From Azolla caroliniana (lineage: Eukaryota > Plantae > Polypodiophyta): DNA of 64,000 bases. Within the stretch, counting starts at the first letter, position 1, and each line of letters opens with the position of its first letter. The translations under genes and the position numbers were made by a program. The notes under the pieces were generated by a model. The model was not told the origin of the DNA and did not search any database. It saw only the letters and a program-made list of their open reading frames with translations. Shown here in pieces: positions 23,717 through 37,300 of this stretch. The DNA lies in contig JBHGNT010000021.1 in NCBI GenBank assembly GCA_043228905.1, positions 8,060,001 through 8,124,000 on the forward strand. The letters run 5' to 3'.

Positions 23717-26700
23717 TGTGAAAGAATACGTGTGCGGAAGCGTATGCGTAAGAGCACAGAGTACATGGTTCGGTAGTACAACAGTTCGGTAAAGCACAGA
23801 AATCACAGAGAAAGAGAGAGGGAGAGAGAGAGAGAGAGCAGAAAATATAAAACTATATTCAGACTAATCCGCTGTATGTTCTCTGTACATATTTCGTGCT
23901 CAGTGAGCACCTTTTATACAAGCCCCGACTATTGGGCTGACACAAGTACTGACAGTACTTGACCGCTCATAAATGAGGCTTCTACACTAACTCCCAAAAC
24001 TATTCCTTACGAGGAATAACATTATAACGGTCTCACGGTTTAAACACCGCCACGACCATATTTTGCGTACGGTTTTACGCACCCAGTCTACGTACTGGGT
24101 TACGTACCCGTTTACGCACCCAATGTTGAGCTCGTCTCTCAACACTCCCCCTCAAGCTCAACTTGAGGTTCCATATACTTTTCCGGATGTTTGCTCCGTC
24201 CTCTCTTGGCTTCACACCTCACTCGCACCCCTTGACCCGTTTGAATCCGCACGCTTCGACTCTTTCGGTCGGCTTGTCTGCTCATGCGGCCGTGTTGGCG
24301 TCTCTTTCATTGCCCTTTCCTCTGCTTGGCCCTCAGTTGATTCGTAATGTCTGAGTCAAACATTTTGATTAAATCGAACACTTCCGATTTAGTTCCACAT
24401 TCGCCCGAATTGACTGTCTCCAATTCTTCTTCTATCTTTAGGCCCTTGATAACATCGGACCATGTCTTAATCTTGGCCTTTATGCCCTTCTTGGCCGTAT
24501 TTCCCTTTTGTTCGGCTATCTTCGACTCTTCCTTACGATTTCGGCCCCTATTTTCTTCTTCTTCGGCTTCTTCAGCCGGCCCGAAATCGAATTCTTCATT
24601 CGACTTGGCATCGCGGTTACAACTGCTCCTTTCATGCTCCTGTTCTTGTCTCCTCCTCAAGTTCGGCGTGTCAAGGTGACGTAAACCAAGCTCACCCGAG
24701 AAATGTCGTAACTTGTCGAGACCAAGGGGCTTGGTGAAAATGTCGGCAACCTGCCGACCTGTCAGAACATACACCAGTTCAACTTCACCAGAAAGGACAC
24801 ACTCGCGGACAAAATGGTAGTGCACCTGAATGTGCTTAGTCTGAGCGTGGAATACAAGGTTCTTCACAAGGTGGATGCTACTGAGGTTGTCGCAATAGAT
24901 CATCGTCGGATCGGACACCTCCACATGCAGATCCCGTAATAGCCGTTTTAGCCAAATGACTTCGCATGTAGCGACAGTCGCCCCTCGATATTCGGCCTCA
25001 GTGCTCGACAATGCTACTGTCGGCTACTTCTTACTACTGCACGCGATCGCCGCACTTCCCAATGAGAATGCATATCCGGATATGGATCTATGATCGTGGG
25101 CATTTCCAACCCAATCGGCATCCGTGTAGCCGACTAACTGCTCGGCTATGTCTCCACGATACAACAACGCCATGTCTTTCATGCCGCTGACATATCGCAA
25201 TATCCATTGCGCACATTGAAAAGGTTCGGTTGTGGGCTGTGACATAAATTGATTGATCATGCCGACTAGGTAACTGAGATCCGGCCATGTGATCGTCAAG
25301 TAGATTAGGCTTCCGACAATCTGTCGGAACCGTGTCGGGTCGCATTCCCTTCTCGAATCTCGGCGAAGCTTTACGTTTCTGTCCAAAGGGGTCGAGATGG
25401 GCTTACAATCTTCCATCTTGAACTTGAAGAGCATATTCAGCGCGTAATGACGCTGACTGATCAATATGCCTTCGGGGGAATGGATCACTTCGATCCCGAG
25501 GAAGTAATGAAGGTCGCCAAGATCCTTCATTTCGAACGATGCCACAAGCTGAGACTTTACGCAGCCGATTTCTTCCAAGTCGGCACCGGGGATGACTAAA
25601 TCATCAACATAAAGTAAAAGACAAACCAGCCCATATCGACCTTGCCGAACGAACAATGAGGAGTCCAACTTTGATGTCGTAAACCCCATTCTACGCAGCC
25701 GTTGCGTAATCTTGGCGTTCCAAGCTTGCGGGGCTTGCTTAAGTCCGTATAATGCCTTCTTTAATCAGCAGACTGCCGAAGTGTTTTGTTCGGATAGAAA
25801 TCTAGGGGGATGTATCATGTACACTTGTTCCTCAAGATCACTTTGTAGGAATGCATTCTTTACATCCATCTGATGTAGATGCCACCCCTTCGTCGCCGCT
25901 ACGGCTAGCAGAACTCGCACAGTAGTCATCTTCGCGATTGGGGCGAAGGTCTCATCGTAATCTACGTCGTGCTTTTGTGCATAACCTTTCGCAACCAAAT
26001 GGACCTTATATCGGTTGACTGAGCCGTCGGTGTTGTATTTCACCTTAAACACCCATCTACATCCGATTGGCTTTACACCCTTCGGTACATCAACCAGGTC
26101 CCAGGTCTCATTGTCCGTTAAAGCGCGCATCTCTTCCTCCATTGCGGCATGCCAATTTGCGTCTTTCGCCACTTCTGCATAGCTCTCCGGCTCACGCACC
26201 TCTGCCACTCGTGTCATGTACGTGTAATGGTGGGCCATGTATTCATTGTACCCGTACCTCTTTACAGGGTTCATCAGGCGGGTAGATCGGCGTAATTCAT
26301 GATTAACTAATTTCCCAGCCTTTTCGATCGGTTTTGACTTCTTCCGTGGAGATTCCTTTTCAATTGGCCCGAAATCAGACTTGCTCTGATCTGTCTCGGC
26401 ACTGCCGAAATTGTATTCCGCCATTTTCTTCTTCCCTGTTTCTTTACGCGTAAACCGTCTCCTCGGTTCTCTACGACAACACGGCCGAGTCTCCACTACT
26501 CACAGATTCTTCATTTGGTTGGCCATTTCGGTTCAACCCCTCATTTGGCCGAAATGAGATCGGACTCTCTGTCAGAGCTCCAATTTCCTCATCACGGAGA
26601 GGCATCTCAGCCTCGCTAATCTCTTCTTTAGAATTCAGAATGGAGTCATGAGGTATTGGAGGTGAAGGCGAGTACCATGAAGCGGACTCGTCGAAAACAA

Positions 26701-29158
26701 CATCTTGGCTTACACGAACTTCCTTCATTCGGGGGTTATAGCACTTATACCCCTTCTGCTAGTCTGAATAGACGATCAAGATACACTTTTTAGCTTTTGC
26801 ATCCAGCTTCCTCCTCATCTCCTTCGGCACATGCAGATACGTAATGCTGTTGAAAATCCTTAAGTGTGCCAAATTCGGCTTCTGGCCATAATACAACTCA
26901 TGTGGCGACACTCCTCGATTAGTAGAGGTCCGATTCTGCAAGTAAACCGTCATCCTTACAGCTTCAGCCCAGTAAAGCTTCGGCATATGCTTCTCTTCAA
27001 GCATTTCCCTGGCGGCTTCTTGGATCGTCTGATTCTTCCGCTCGGATACGCCATTCTGCTCCAGCGTATATCTACACAAGAATTCATGTCGAATTCCCTC
27101 CTTCTGTAGATAACTTGTGAACTGGTTAGAGAAGTACTCCTTCCCGCCATCAGACTGTAGGCACTTGATCTTACGTCCCGTTTCCCTTTCCGCAAGGCTC
27201 TTCACCTTGAGGAACCACGTGAAGACTTCACTCTTTTTCATGATCAAGCACGCCCAAGTATGACGAGTGAAGTCATCGATGAAGGTTACGAAGTAACGGC
27301 TTCCACCGAGACTCACGTTCTGTGTCGGTCCCCACACATCCGAATGGATCAAATCTAGCGGATTTCGACTACGATTACACTCATTGGGGAATGGAAGACG
27401 GTGTTGCTTCCCAAGTTGGCAAGCTTTGCAAACTTGGCCATTACGGCCCCGAAATTTTGGCAATTCGAAAACAATGTTCTTCGTCTACATTTCACGAAGC
27501 CGTGGGAAGTTAACGTGGCCGAACCGCTTGTGCCACAGGTCGATGTCCAACTCAACCTTCTATCCTTTCGCGAACAACACGGTTCCGACTTGATTGGTGT
27601 CGAGGATGAACATCCTCCCTTCACGGCGCCCTTGCGCAATAACTTGGCCTTCCTCTTCGATGTAGCACCTGAGGTGCGTGAATCGAACTTGGATCCCCTG
27701 GTCGACGATCTGACCGACCGACACCAGGTTCTTGGTTATTGTCAGGACGTGCAACACGTTCATAAGTTTCCCTTTCTGCCCGACATGGCTGGGAGGAACT
27801 TCTCTGACATGTTCGATGGTATGCAGAGTGTCGTCTCCTGTTTCGACCACTCCTTGCTTTTCTGGTTTCTCTAAGTACGAGAACCATTGTTCATGACTCG
27901 TCATATGATTTGACGCTCTAGAGTCAACCTACCACACTTCGCTTGGTTTCGAGGTGTTCATGGCCATCGAATTGGCCTTGTTCTTCATTACGAAGGCTGG
28001 GCCCAATCCATTTTCGGCTCATTCGGAGCCCTCAGCATAGTGCGGTTTCTGACGCCTTCCTACGTCTCTTCCGCTCGATCCGGCTTGGTCCGAATCGGCT
28101 CTCTTCTTCCAGCACTCGCTCTCCCTGTGGACTTTCTTGCCAGAAAACCAACATTCCGTCGCGGCCTTCTCTTGTTGGCTTCCGGCGCCGCTATGACTCC
28201 CCCTGCTCCCGGAGGGTTCGAAATTACTTCCGGCATTTCAATTATGCCGCACGTTCTACTCTTTTCGGCCGCCTCCATTGCGCTCTGATCCGCCTTGTCC
28301 GCCATGACTACGGGGCCTATCTTCCTCCGTGTACAACATCTTGTTGTCGGTGTGTGTACTCGTCGATGCACCCACGTGATTTTCCTCTACGAGCAACATC
28401 GACTGAAGCTCAAAGAACGAAGGTGTAATCTCCCTTGTGTAGACCGCCATACGGAATGCTCCGAACTTTGACGCTAACCCACCAAGACAAACCTGCACCA
28501 TTTCATCCTCCTTGACGTTCATGTTGATGGAGGTGAGAGAGTCACATATCTCCTTGATTCGAGCTGTGTAATCGGCCACAGACAGATCTTTCTGTCGGAC
28601 ATTGTTGAGCTCCTACCTGAGCTGCAACTTCTTGGCCATTGCGCTAGCGGCAAAAATCCTCTTGAGATTCGCCCATCCATCCTTCGGTATCTTAGCATCC
28701 TGAATATAGTTGAAGAGTTGGTCGCTCACACAGGACGCGAAACAGTAAAGAACTCTGCTTGCCGCTTGTTGCCAAGCCGAAAAATCTCTGTGTGTCGATT
28801 CGGGTGTTGTATCATTAGCTCCTTTGACATAACTCCAGTAACTGTGACCAAGCAGGTACTGGTGCATCTTGTACGACCAAGATGCATAGTTGAACTTGTT
28901 GAGCTTCTCAGTCCGTAGCGAGCTTCCCATTCCTCTATCCATATTGTTGTCTTATCCTTTCCGAAGATAAATAACTTAACTCTGTCTTTATCGCAAGCTT
29001 TTATGTCGACTCCAGAGGAGTCTCAACCCTCACGCTCTCGTACCATGTGAAAGAATATGTGTGCAGAAGCGTATTCGTAAGACCACAGAGTACATGGTTT
29101 GGTAGTACGATAGTTTGGTAAAGCACAAAAATCACAAAGAAAGAGAGAGGGAGGGAGG

Positions 29159-29196
<38 letters not shown>

Positions 29197-29501
29197 AGAA
29201 AATAAAAAACGATATTAAAACTAATCCTTTGTATGTTCTTTGTACATATTTCGTGCTCAGTGAGCACCTTCTATACAAGCCCCGACTATTGGGTTGACAC
29301 AAGTACTGACAATACTTGACCGCTCATAAATGAGGCTTCTACACTAACTCCCAAAACTATTCCTTACGAGGAATAACATTCTAACGGTCTCATGGTTTAA
29401 ACACCGCCACGTCCATATTTTGCGTACGGTTTTACGCACCCTATCTACGTACTGGGTTACATACCCGTTTACGCACCCAATGCTGAGCTTGTCTCTGAAC
29501 A
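23717..29501 (-). mobile_element. Copia A: full-length Ty1/copia (Bryco/Lyco-like by inference), degraded gag-pol
   Basis: LTRs 23717-24144 and 29046-29501 (about 29 substitutions plus an (AG)n length difference). Decayed Met PBS TGGTACGAGAGC at 29045; PPT 24145-24157. Gag EKLNKFNYASWSYKM, integrase [29 protein letters not shown], RNase H YTDADW/TKHIQVHYH. Confidence 0.96.
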
Positions 29502-29748
29502 TAAAGCTTTCTTCCTATTACTATAATATCGCGAACTTACTTGTTGTTTTAGTTGCTCCATGTCCCCTCCATGTAATGGAGTTGAGACCTTGTCTTGTTT
29601 GTATCCATTTTTTATTTTACTATTTTTATTTAACATGGAACATTAATACCTACAAAATTTGATTATGGTAACCCTAATGTCTTGTTTGAATCGTCATCAA
29701 ATGAGGATTGCAATGGATTTTTCAACTTGAAAATCCAAGCACGATGTG
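29502..29748. repeat. Right copy of the ~250-bp direct repeat abutting copia A
   Basis: Starts on the base after the LTR terminal CA; about 11 substitutions and 2 small indels vs the left copy. Confidence 0.95.
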
Positions 29749-29816
29749 ATGATTTTGACAAAAGATAGATTCTAGAATTTGGCATTGAAGGATTCATAAA
29801 GCCTACACATGAGTCA

Positions 29817-30291
29817 TGAGGGAATTTTCAAAATTGAATTCAACTTCCAAAGTTATGAGTGAAAGAACGGTTGTTAGCCGATGATAATTGAACCCTCCAC
29901 ATGAACCGTGAGGGAATTTTCAAAATTGAATTCAAGTTTTGAGTAGAAAATTATGAATGAAATATCAATTTTGGGCCGATGAGAGTTGAACCCTCCACAT
30001 TGACGAAGGCCGACATCCCTCCGCCAAAAACAACTACTTTTGGAATTTCGAGAATAGAATTCATTGATTCGAGGTATCAATTCCTTAAATTAGGGAATCG
30101 ATATTTTCCTCAAAGGAAAGAAATCCTTGACTCGAGCTTCTCTATGCATGCATGCCTTGGCTTGAGCTTTCTTCTTGCTTTGAGGAAAGATATGCCTCCA
30201 ACGTTTTCCCCAAGGCTCGAGGAAAACCTTCGCTCTAGCTTTCCTTTTGCTCTATACTCCTATACTCTATACTCTATACTCTATACTCTAT
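29817..30291. repeat. Short interspersed direct repeats and a (TACTCTA)n tract in unassigned, possibly LTR-derived DNA
   Basis: GAGGGAATTTTCAAAATTGAATTCAA twice (~29818, ~29909), TTGAACCCTCCACAT twice (~29887, ~29986), 7-bp tandem at ~30250-30291. Confidence 0.7.
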
Positions 30292-32965
30292 GACTCCCAT
30301 GAATCAGACTTATATTCATATCTCTTAACGATCTCTTTTAATATGTCCCAATGTAGTGGCTAGCTAAACACATTGACCACCCTCAAGGAAAGGTTAAGGG
30401 GTGAACAAAAAATGGCAATGGTGTCCCAAACCATTGAGTATTACTTTATGTTGTACCTTTGGTGTTGAGATGAAGGGATCGAAAAGAATAGAGCTTTACC
30501 TGACTAATAGAATCTTGACATTGTCGCAAATACCATTGTTGCGTAAATTCTCATGTGTGCGTGTGAAAGTTGAGTGGGACCACTAGGGACTTTGAACTAT
30601 GGAAGATGGTTTTGCTAATGAAGTGTCATGCGAGATTATGGTTGTGATGGTATCTCTTAATTAGGCTTGATCCAATTTCGAGATCCTTGTTAACATACTA
30701 AGAGTGTGAGCAATAATATAATTGTATTCGGAACGTTTTACCGAACCTTGTCTTCGGTTTACATGGGAAAGTTACATATGATTTTGTGTTCAATTGGATA
30801 AGTGTGTATTTTTGTTGTTGTGGGTGAACACAAACTCATTCGGGTGTATTCACGTGCGAGTGTGTGGAATTTATATGCACAATGACTAATCTATGTTTAC
30901 TCGTGCTTTATGCATTTCTGTAGTCACTTGTTTTAGGTGTGTAAGTGCATGAAGTAGATTTGACATGTGTATGAGAAAATAGGTGGATATGTGTGTGTGT
31001 GGGAGCTAGTACATAGTGCATGTTTGCCTATTTGTGTATATATGTATGTGTATACTAATTTATGTCATGTACACTCTAATGTTTAATTTATGAAAAGGGC
31101 GGTGAAAACCTTTGAATTTTAGCACAATATTGTTTTAATATTTGATTGGAAATTTAGGGGCATTTGGAGAACATAGGTTACCCTCTTTTGCCATGGTAAT
31201 AATTTCTAAATGGGGAGTATAAGGTATTAGTAGTGTGGTGGAGTACTAGTCTTGCGACACAAAGTTGCTGGTCCAACATCATGTATAGTATGTTGCTTGC
31301 CGATGTTGACCTACAACAAAGATATTTATAAGAGCAACAACAACTAATGTTGTTGTGTTGGCATCATGACTAGTGAAAGAGTAGTTGACATCACGACTCA
31401 TTCCTTCTTTGTTTCTTGTTCCTTGTAAAGAATCAATGATTCTTGTGCGACGGAAGATATGTGTGTTATGTGTATGCGTGAGAGGAAAGAGAGGAGAGAA
31501 GAGACAACGCAAGATAGATAAGAGAGGAAAAATATGAAGTACTCAAGAAGAAGATTGTATATTAACAAGGAGAATATCAATTACAAAATGTTGCATTACA
31601 AGGGAGAACAACCGACACTCTATGGATTAGGAGAAGGGTGTTTTATATAAGGTCACTCTCTCTCTTCATTAACTCACTACAACAACCACTCTCTTGGGGA
31701 ATGTGGAGACTCATTAGTCATGGGGAATATGAAACTCATTAGTTATGTGTCACACAATATGATTCTATGACACATAGTTAATGTGTAGAGAGTAGTGGTG
31801 TGACCTTTGACCTTTGAGTGCTCATAGATTCTCAAAGGGTGTGTTCACACACAATGCTAGGTTAAGCTTGATTCTCAACATGCCCCCTCAAGCTCAACTC
31901 GGGTCGGTTCCTTTTGGTTGATGCCCGCGTCGGCTGGTATCCGGTGTAGACGATCTCCGATGTCCACTTCAACTAGTACCCAGTTCGGATGGTATCCGGT
32001 TCTCTCATGTACTTCCCCTCAACCTTGGCAAGTCAGGGATCACCAATCCAAGGTCTGACATGAATTGTCGAAGCTTGTCGGCTCCTAGGGCAAGATGTCG
32101 GATGTCTGAAGATTCGTGTTGATGTGTTGAAGTTCGACATTTCCAGCTTGTACGGGCTCTCGAATGAAGTGATAGTGCACTTCGATATGCTTTGTGCGTG
32201 CGTGGAACACCGGGTTCCGAGCCAAATAAATACTACTCATATTGTCGTAGTAAAGGGGAGTTAGATCCTTGATGGGAATGCCCAGATCCTTCAAAATCCC
32301 CTTGAGCCATACGGCTTCACATGCAGCCATGGATGTGCCCCTGTATTCAGCCTCTATGCTCGAAAGAACGACAATTGGTTGCTTCTTGCTATTCCACGAA
32401 ATCGCTCTGCTGTCGAGGGAGAAAAGAAATCGGAAGGTCAATCGTCGGTCGGCTTTGTTGTCGACCCAATCGACGTCTGTGTACACTTCGAATTGATTTG
32501 GCATTGTTGCTTTGTAGATAATGCCACGGGCCGCTCACGTATCGCAACACTCGCTTAGCGCAATCCAAGTGAATATCTCGTGGGGAGTTTGCATGAATTG
32601 GCTAAGGAGACCGACCGGATAGTTGAGGTCGGGTCGAGTGATCGTGAGATAGATGAGGCTCCCGATCAATTATCGATACTGAGTCGGCTCGCACTCTTCT
32701 GTGCCGGACTCGGCCACTAGCTTTCGGTTCCGATTGAGAGGGGTTGCCACAGACTTACACTCAGTCATCCCGAAGTTGTATAACAAGTTAAGGATGTGGT
32801 GTCGTTGAGAGATCATAATATCAGCTTACCTCGATGCCAAGCAAGTAATGGAGCTCCTTCATGTCCGTTGTCATAGTGTATTTCATACACTACGTGAAAA
32901 ACGTGTAAAATAACCAATTGAATAAATATGAAGAAAAAGAAAGAAAGATCAAAATATATATTACA

Positions 32966-33037
32966 TGCATAGGGCAAGATTCAAACCTTGTACCTCCATG
33001 TTAATAATTTGACACCTTACCATTACACTAACACATC
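32966..33037 (-). promoter_or_regulatory. tRNA-like cassette in the U3 of the 32869 LTR
   Basis: Minus strand box A TAGTGTAATGG (33030-33020) and box B GGTTTGAATCT (32987-32977) inside a CAAG/CTTG stem. Confidence 0.55.
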
Positions 33038-33712
33038 ATGAGTGTTAAAAGAATAGATATCCAACATAGAAAGCTTATTTCATGCATATTTTCTAGCGAA
33101 AAGCTTTACTTAGAAGAAAAATGCATGATAGAAAAAACCTACACATGCACATCTAGCGTCCATGAGCACTATAGTTGATAAAAACGCACGAGGTTAGAAA
33201 AAGCATGATCACTTTTAGAAAAAAAAAGAAAAAAGCATGTTAGAGAAAGCATATAGTCTATAGATAATAATAAAAAAACATGGATTGCTAAGAATCTCTC
33301 CTCATTATATAAGGATGGGGAGCACAATGTAATAAGGGTGGGAAAACTTTGGAAATTGGATATATTTCTAAAAACACCAATTAATAAATTATATTCGTGG
33401 GATTCACGAAATAAACTATACTCGTGGAATTCATGAGGTTTCTATATCTTTCTCTTTCAATCCAAATTCATATTCTTATCTTTATATTGATTAATCTAAT
33501 AAAATACATTATACTTGTGGGATTCATGAGGTTTCTATCTCTCTTTCTTAAATTCTATTCATAACTATACTCGTCTCAAATTCTTCCTCCTCCTAGTCCA
33601 AAACCCCAGCGTTTTCCACCCGACTCACGCAACGATCCGGCACCGAAAGGCACGACACAAGTGGTGAACCTGACGTGAAGACGGTGGCAAGGAGATGGAG
33701 AATTAACAAGAG

Positions 33713-34186
33713 ATGATGAACACGATGATGATGATGTTCGTGCAGATGCCACAAGAACAACGAGCGATGTCGGAGATCACGGCGGCAATAAAGCGGCTTG
33801 TACAACGAAACGGACAATTCAACAAAAAGGATGCATCACGCTATCTATGTGACTACAAGGCGGAGATGATACGATGTGGGATACTGGAAGGATTGCAAGT
33901 GATATCCTTCAATCGGGTAGCTACAGATGAGTTACAAGAGAGAAACTACAAGATACAGCAACAAAACCCAACATGGGGGTCCTTTGAAGAAGCTTTACGA
34001 GAGGCATATGACTACGAGAGATTGAAGGGACGAGATCGGCGAGAGTTTGACAAATGGGTGGTATCAGAGAAGACCCACCAAAGTGCAGCACAAGAATTCC
34101 TAAAGTTCGAGCATCGTTTTGCTCAACTCTCGAAGCGGGAACAAAGATTGGTCGGGGAGGATAAAGTCCTAATGTTCTCCTCTTAA
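33713..34186 (+). pseudogene. gag: Truncated gag N-terminus
   Basis: NGQFNKKDASRYLCDYKAEM...ISFNRV; homologous to the element G gag and directly downstream of the PBS. Confidence 0.75.
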
Positions 34187-34385
34187 TCCAAAACCCCAGT
34201 GGTTCCCACCTGACTCACGCAACGATCCGGCGTCGAAAGGCACGACACTGTCATCTCGAATTTGGTGGAGAGGAGGACTTGACCTTATTGATGTGGACTA
34301 GACTTTCACCTCTAATGACCAGATCATCCACATATAGGATGATGACAATCGGGCTTTCAGAGTCATTTCGTACTTAGAGGGACTT

Positions 34386-37300
34386 GTTGTAATGGTGTGA
34401 GCACCGCGAGGCCGTTAGAAAGATATTCCTCGAAAGGAATAATTTTGGGAGTTAGTGTATCGACTCATTTATGAGCTTCAAATACGGCCAGTACTTGTGT
34501 CAGCCCAATTGTCAGGGCTTGTATAAAAGGTGCTCACTGAGCACGATGTATGTACACAAAGTGTCACTATTTTGAATTTGAGTTTTGTGTTGTATGCTCT
34601 CTTTCTCCATATCCATCTCCATCTCTGCGTTTTCTGTGTTTTACCGAACTGTCTTATTCCTTCGAAATGTGTACTCTGTGTTCCGCATACGGTTCCGCAC
34701 ACGCTATTCTTTTACATGGTATCAAAGCGCGAGGGTTGAAGTCCTTTATAGTTGAGAAGAAAAGCTTGAGACAAAACAGAGTTGAAGTTGTTCTTCGTTT
34801 TTGTTCGGAAAAGAAAAAGACAACAATATGGACAAAGGTATGGGAAGCTCGCTACAGACCGAGAAGCTCGACAGGAGCAACTACGCATCTTGGTCGTACA
34901 AGATGCACCAGTACCTGCTTGGCCATGGCTACTGGAGTTATGTCGAAGGAGCTAATGATGTAGCACCCGATTTGACACACAGAGATTTTCCGGCTTGGGA
35001 ACAAGCGGCAAGCAGAATTCTCTACTGCTTTGCATCATGTGTGAGCGACCAACTATTGAACTATATTCGGGATGCTAAGATGCCAAAGGACACGTGGGAA
35101 AATCTCAAAAAGATTTTCACCGCAAGTATAACGGCCAGGAAGCTGCAGCTCAGGCAGGAGCTCAACAATGTCCGACAAAAAGATCTGTCTGTGGCTGATT
35201 ACATGTCCCGAATCAAGGAAATCTACGATTCTCTCGCTTCCGTCAACGTGAACGTTGAGGAAGATGAAATGGTGGAGGTTTGCCATGGCGGGCTAGCGTC
35301 CAGGTTCGAAAACTTCCGAACAGCGGTCTGTACGAGGGAAAATATTCCTTCGTTCTTCGAGCTTCAGTCAATGTTGCTCGTGGAGGAAAATCATACGGGT
35401 GCTTCTACGAGTATGCATGCCGACGACAAGATGTTGTACACGGAGGAAGATAGGCCCTGTGGTCGTGGTGGACAAGGCGGATCGACGCGCAATGGAGGCG
35501 GCCGACAAGAGCAGAACAAGCGGCATAATCGATGTGTCAATAGCAGTTCCGGACCCTCTACAAGCAGGGGGAGTCTTGGCGGTGCCGGAAGCCGGCAAGA
35601 GAAGGTCGCGTCAGAATGTTGGTACTGTTGCAAAAAAGGCCACAAGGAGAGCGAATGCTAGAAAAAGAGAGCCGATTCGGACAAAGCCGGATCGAGCCAA
35701 AGAGACGCAGCGAGGCGTCCGAGATCACACTACGCAGAAGGCTTTGAAGAAGCTGAAAACAAATCAGGCCCAGCCTTCGTAATGAAGCATAAGGCCAATT
35801 CTATGGCCGTGAACACCTCGAAATCGAGCGAGGTGTGGTATGTTGATTCCGGAGTGTGAAATCACATGACGAGTCACGAGGAATGGTTCTCATACCTGGA
35901 GAAACCGGAATCACAAGGAGTGGTCGAAACGGGAGACGACACTCCGCATACCATCGAACATGTCGGAGAAGTTCCCCTCAGCCACGTCGGGCAGAAAGGG
36001 AAACTCATGAACGTATTGCACATCCCGACAATAACCAAGAACCTTGTGTCGGTCGGATAGATCGTCGACCAAGGTATGCAAGTTCGATTCCCGCATCTCG
36101 GCTGCTTCATAGAAGAGGAAGGCAAAGTGATTGCACAAGGGCACCGTGAAGGGAGGATGTTTATCCTCGACACTAATCAAACTGGCACCGCGTTGTACGC
36201 GAAAGGACAAAAGGTCGAATCGGATATCGACCTGTGGCACAAGCGGTTTGGCCATTTAAATTTCCCACGGCTTCGTGAGATGCAGACGAAGAACATTGTT
36301 TTCGGCTTGCCGAAATTTCGGGGCCGTAATGGCCAAGTCTGTGAAGCCTGTCAAATGGGAAAACAACACCGACTTCCATTCCCCAATGAGCGTAATCATA
36401 GTCGAAGTCCGCTGGATTTGATCCATTTGGATGTGTAGGGACCGGCATAGAACGAGAGTCTTGGTGGAAGCCGTTACTTTGTAACCTTCATCGATGACTT
36501 CACTCGGCACGCGTGGATATGCACAATCACGAAGAAGAGCGAATTCTTCGCATGTTTCCTGAAGGTGAAGAGCCTTGTGGAAATGGAAACAAGGTGTAAG
36601 ATCAAATGTCTATGGTTTGATGGTGAGAAGGAGTACGTCTCCGACCAGTTCTCAAGTTATCTACAGAAGGAGGGAATTCGACGCGAATTCTGGTGTAGAT
36701 ACATGCCGCAGGAGAATGGCGTGGCCGAGTGGAAGAATAGGACGATTGAAGAAGCAGCTAGGGCAATGCTTGAAGAGAAGCATATGCCAAAATTATATTG
36801 GGTTGAAGCTGTGAAGACAGCTGACTACTTGCAGAATCAGACTTTTGCTAATGGAGGAGTGTCGCCACATGAGTTGTATTTCGGGAAGAAGCCGAACTTG
36901 GCACACTTGAGGATTTTCGGCAACATCGCGTATTTGCACGTGCCGAAGGAGAAAAGGAAGAAACTGGATGCTAAGGCTGAGAAATGTATCTTGGTCGGCT
37001 ATTCAGGTGAGCTGAAAGGGTATAAGTGTTACAACCCTCGAACAAAGGAAGTACGCGTAAGCCGCGACGTCGTGTTCGATGAGTCAGCTTCGTGGTCCTT
37101 GCCTTCACCTCTAGTACCTCAAAACTCCATTCCGAATTCTGAGGAAGAAGTCAGCGAGGTTGAGATGCCTCGGCATGATGAGGAAATCGGAGCTCTGAGA
37201 GAGAGTCTGATCTCATTTCGGCTAAGTGGGCCGAATGAGGGGTTGGGCCAAAATGGCCAACCTATTGAAGAGACGGCGAGTAGTGGAGACTTAGTTGTGA

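Larger units (their letters stand above)
32869..34247 (+). mobile_element. Internally deleted gypsy derivative: 5' LTR (32869-33657), Trp-like PBS (33662-33679), gag fragment, last ~75 bp of the 3' LTR
   Basis: TGTCA...CACGACA termini; 33585-33657 repeated at 34175-34247; 4-bp TSD CCGT/CTGT; PBS TGGTGAACCTGACGTGAA. Confidence 0.88.

Noticed and set aside
30300-31420. Possible host gene or Helitron end
   Set aside because: Only short motif-less ORFs, and no convincing hairpin-plus-CTRR terminus.
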